64,000 nt of DNA, taken from the NCBI RefSeq assembly GCF_006345805.1, contig NC_043021.1, forward strand, positions 24,676,001 through 24,740,000, given 5' to 3'. The position numbers were made by a program, and so were the translations under genes. The notes below the pieces were generated by a model. The model had not been told where the DNA came from. It made no database searches and worked only from the letters and a program-made list of their open reading frames with translations. Shown piece after piece: positions 58,979-64,000 of the stretch; the first letter of the stretch is position 1; each line of letters opens with the position of its first letter. Source of the stretch: Octopus sinensis. Taxonomy: Eukaryota.

Positions 58979-61900
58979 ACCAATGAAAGCAGAGACAGTG
59001 TCGGTTTTCTTTCAACAATACCAGATGGTTACTCATTTTAAAAAAAAAACTTTTACCAACAAACCAACTGGGGTATATTTCTAGTATATCAACTCTTTTG
59101 GTACTAAAGCACATTAAATTACCCCTGATTCTAAGAATCACAATTCTTGTTTTAATTAAATAACGACTAGGCTAATTTATAGTCCAAACACCAGCTTAAT
59201 AATGACAGAAGTTATTTTACAAAATTCTTAATTGATTTTGAAATTAACTGAAACAATGGCAGTGTATTTCAACAGAAATATGGCAACAAATGGGTTAAAA
59301 TTAGCATTAGCTGGGTGGGAGAGATGAAAGAAAATCCAGAAGGTTGTTAATATAGGCATTGGACATATAAAAGCATAAACCCTTTTAACCTCTAGCTCAA
59401 CAGTAGTATCACTGGTTATAGGCATCCAGCAGGCCGATCACAGAATCACTTCACTTGACTGAGAGTGACAAAGGATTGTCTGTGCAACTGGAATGTTTGG
59501 GAGAAGCCAATACAAGAAGGTATTTTTACTCAGAAACACTTCTGTTTCAAGGTTTTTGACAAAGTTTTTTCATGGTGCACCGAGATACATCCATGGAAAG
59601 TAGAGACACACAAATACAACCTAGTTCCACACGCTTCCTGTCTATGAATCCTATGGCTGCAGGGAGCCAATGTCCAAGGGGCCCATACAGTAGAAAGCCA
59701 TGTCTACAACATCTCTACTAATGCGTTCATCCTCAATCCATGTCTTTTAAATTAGATCCAAAATTTCCTTCACTACAACACAATCCTTGAAATGTTACCT
59801 CACCCACCTGATCCACACAAAACACACCCCTGCCAAACTGATATAGGAAACAGTTACTTGTACTGGGTACCTATCAAGAAAACAGGCTCATAAACTGATC
59901 AAATCAATGACACCCATCTCTGATGCAGTTACTTCCCCCATTCCCCATCTCATGTAATTCTTACTTCAATTTCCCCCATCCTGTATAAACAATAAATCCA
60001 AGAATGATGCAACTCAAGCTGGCATTTACACTGCACAATTATACAAACAGATTAAATAGTTTTATCTCGCACCAGACTGAAACAAAGTTAATTTGAAGTT
60101 AAACTATGGATTACTTAGCAGTAATTGATCGATGAATTGCATGTCATGTCTACCCAAGCAGAGTTAATCAACAACAACTCTTCAGTAATGATTTCTCTCA
60201 CTAACGAAGTACACACACAACACTATACAAACAATTCACCTGAGGTGGAAGGTATATCTCTGAAATGGACCTGTAGACATTGTATACATCTGACGTACAC
60301 AGAGGTATGCCTGGTAAGCTAAGCCACCAAACTAGAAGAAAGCAGCTAAATCACCCTCAAACCACACTTTATTAGAAATGGAACATGTTCGATAATGTAA
60401 TTCAAGACAAACTATTCCTGATCAAAAACAAAAAAGCCAAAATGGTTGGAGCTTAAATGCCTTTCACCATAAATGTGATCAAATATATTTAATGTTACAG
60501 TGAAGTACTCACATGAAAACATGAAAAGGGGAAAATAAAACCCTTCAAATTCAGACACACGCACCCCATCCATCTCCCAATGACAAAGTGAATGAAGATT
60601 CAGCTTTCAGTTAATTCCCCACTAATACTAACATTAATTTGTATTCGTGATGGATCAATAATGGAGCAAGTCAAAGTGTTTTAAACAAAACAAATATATG
60701 AAATGACAGCCTGTTGCGTTTAACGAGCCAGGAGGATAAAAGGGAGAGGCAAAGAGAAGGACTGGCAATCATTAAAATAATATGTAAATTCATGTAAATT
60801 TATGTTTGGAAAACAGACATTAAAGGATGATGATGGTGTAATAATAGGAGCAGTAGTAGTAGTAGTAGTAATTCTTTCTAGACAGTAATACTAATTGCAT
60901 ACAAAGTGAACAACTAGTGTTAAGAGGAACTTCTCTATCAAACGCACACTCAGGTCGACTCCACCTAAGCAACAAGATGTTCCACAAATCATCCTGCTCT
61001 ATCTCTGCTCACCACACATTTTCATATGCAACAACAAAATGTTTATGTGCACAAACACGTGCGTGTGTGTGTGTGTGTGTGTGTGCATATGCACAAAACA
61101 GCAGTTATCAATAGAGAAAGGAAGTAATTATGATAAGTGAAGACAGGTGTAATTTAGAATTACCTTCATTTAAAATGGATGGTGCAACGTGTGATATCAC
61201 CAAAGACTGTACAGTAGCAGCAGTAGTAGTAGTACAACTAAGTTAAATAGAGAGAAGGAACACCATTGCTTGCCCCAGGAATGGGGGAGGTGGGGATTAA
61301 CATCACTACCAGGAATGAAAGTGTCAGAACATTAGAGAGAAGAAACGGTGCCAGGCAGCGGAAGCCAACACCTGCCAGAAGACAGGTTTTTATGTAGAAA
61401 CTGAGTTGGATATAATAACCAGTTGATTAACCCTTTAGCATTTAATTCAGCCACACCTGGGCCAAATATTCTACCTGTTCTATGTTCAAACTGACCTGAT
61501 CCAGCTTCTCACTCTTACCCTACAATGTCATTCCAAAAATAAGCAATCACATCATCAAAGTTTCAAAGATACAAAACAATGCATGATTAATCCAAGATAA
61601 TGTGAACAGGAATGATATTTGACAGAATTCTCTGAATGCCCAAGACCCTTGGGATGGAGGAAGCACCGACAAACAGCTGCCTCCAGTTGTGGTTGCTTGA
61701 TCTGCTAGAAATAGCAGCCAAATCTCACTCTCATCACACCTTACCATCTTACAAAAACAGATATGAAACATCTGATAACAGCTTGATTTCTTTTATTCAG
61801 GCACATGGCCTTTCTAAAGAGGGGACACCACAAGGACAGACAAAACAAGACATTGGGGTACATATAAAACACATATCGAATGGACAATGACTGTGATAAA

Positions 61901-64000
61901 AAAAAATGAGGATGAAATGAGGTTGTTAACCAAAGTGGTTGAGAATCCCACAGACACATACACTCTACAAATAATTCCCAGACTTAATTAGTAATATATG
62001 TGACAGAGCTGTACTTTTTAATTACAAGTACACTCCATCAAGCAGGTTTCCATCAACTGAATTTCACTCACAAAACTTGGGTAAAAATCAAAAAGACAAT
62101 TGCCTATGATGCCACGCAGTGGGATTGAACCTGAAAACACAGTTGTCAAACCAACTACTTAACCCCACAGCCATGCCTGCCTGCCTCCTCTGTGGTAAGA
62201 CATTCCCACCCACAGGGTTCTAAGTTTGATCCTCTTGGGTTGACCAATATCTCATGTGTGGAATTTCTGAGGATGGAAACTGTACTGAAGTTCACTCAGC
62301 ACAAGTGTGTCCGTGTTTATGGACTTGACAAAACACTCCTGGTTAAATAAAAGAGAGATACCAAAGCAAACTGAGAGACGTGCCTAGGGAGGAGCGGGGA
62401 GATCAACCAAAACAAAACCCCACAGTTGGTGCCCCCTGCAGAGTCACAGTCCAAGAACAAACAGTAAAAAGGAGAAATGGTAAAACTAACAACCAACAAG
62501 CAGAACTGAAATAGTAGACTTCAATAATTTGAAAGTGTGTGTGTGTGTGTTGTAATACAGGTAGCCATTTATCTTCTACATAACACCTGTGGCTGTCCTA
62601 TCATAATTTAGCCACTCAACACTTGGCATAAAGCCACCTCCCACTACTCCAACCCCACTTAGTTGAAGGTCTTTCCTCGTTTTGAAAATTACCAGGTGAC
62701 CATACTAGTGCCAATGTCATGAAAGAAAAAGCACCCAATACACTCTGCAAAGAGGTTGGAGTCAGGAACAGTATCCAGCTGGAGACAAACCTTACCGAAA
62801 CAGGCATTAGAGCTCAAAGCAGTCCTTCCAGCCAAACCAGGCATTAAATGATAATATATGTTGAGTAGTTTATGTTCCCAAAGATGTTACCCAACCAAAA
62901 GGCTCTAAAACATCAACTTCACCAAGAATTAACTCAATAATAAACAAACCCCAAAACCTTTGCTAAAAGTGACAGTATGATCAGTAAAGACTTTGTATAC
63001 AATAGTGATTTCAAATTTTGGCACAAGGCCAGCAACCTTGGAGAGAGGTTAAATCGATCACATCGACTCCAGTGCTCAGCTGGTACTTCTGAGCAGTTCT
63101 GTGAACAAAAGCTTATTCTCGGTATGATGTTAGTTTTCCAGACATTCTGCTTAGAACTACAGTATTCAATTCACCCTTAATTTTCTATTAAAACATTCAG
63201 AAACGCAACTTCAGAAAGATCAGTTATTTCTTTCGGTCCAATGTAGAGGCTTGCTTACTAACCTGACCATCTTTCTTCCGATACGATGTATATTCTGTAG
63301 ATGAAACACCTGCATTCTTTAGGTACCAACCCAAACAGTCGAAGTATTCTGCTATTATAATTAGAACATCCAACAGTAAAATCTTGAACAGGTTTCTAAG
63401 TCTCTTTGAAATAGAGAGCAACACATTTTAACCCTCCACCATCAAAATTCCTCAAATGTAATCCTTATTTATTTACATTGTTTTCAATTAATCATGCATC
63501 ATTTTGTAGCATAACCCTTTCGATAACAACCTGTCTGAATCTGCTTCTGGCTCTGTAGTATAAATGTCTTGTTTTCAAAAGTTCTGAATCAAAATCTTCC
63601 ATAAACCTTAGTCACAATATATGTTCCTAACACTAGCTTAATGATAACTAAGTTATTTTACTAAATTCTTTGTTATATCTAAAATTGAAAGAAACACAGA
63701 GCATCTCAACAGAAATATGGTAACAAAAAAGATTCTGATGATGTAATTGTATATTTTTTAGAATGATATTGTAGGGCAGGTAAGAGAAGTCAGATCTGAC
63801 CTGTTTGAACATAAAACAGGTAGACTATTTGGGCTGTGTACAACTGGTTTAAATATTAAAGGGTTAAATCCTGAATCAGTACCCAGTTAAAACTACATGG
63901 CATATTCTCAAGTTTAATTGACACAAACATCTCACAACCAACTGATCAAATATATACCTGGAGCTACCCAACAACAATAATATGTAGTAGTGTTGTATGG

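Noticed and set aside
63224-63424. ORF with EYFDCLGWYLKNAGVSST, vaguely LisH-like, and a CAG|gttag donor
   Set aside because: The donor phases (0 or 1) are incompatible with the phase 2 needed by the exon at 54094, the acceptor is weak, and no family is recognised.

Overview
AT-rich, microsatellite-dense eukaryotic genomic DNA. The repeat repertoire suggests a coleoid cephalopod, probably Octopus (inference). The only host gene is LIS1/PAFAH1B1 on the minus strand: 11 coding exons traced from 54094 to the stop at 11726, all with GT-AG introns and consistent phases, encoding 397 full codons. The short first coding exon was not found in the window. The rest is transposon-derived: a 5'-truncated RTE LINE with an almost open RT region containing a PHD-type zinc finger, many RTE 3' fragments, tRNA-derived SINEs, an internally deleted pogo/Tigger element that keeps a 137-aa ORF, a non-autonomous Helitron, TTAA-flanked MITEs, a 17 x 46-bp minisatellite and two local duplications. 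The most striking unexplained structures are long inverted repeats (2063-2584, 36921-37140, and a decayed one at 52277-52452). Each arm carries a type I hammerhead ribozyme motif, so on either strand the ribozyme is preceded by its own antisense copy. One of these lies inside a LIS1 intron. Most ORFs in the supplied track are artefacts of microsatellites and repeats.
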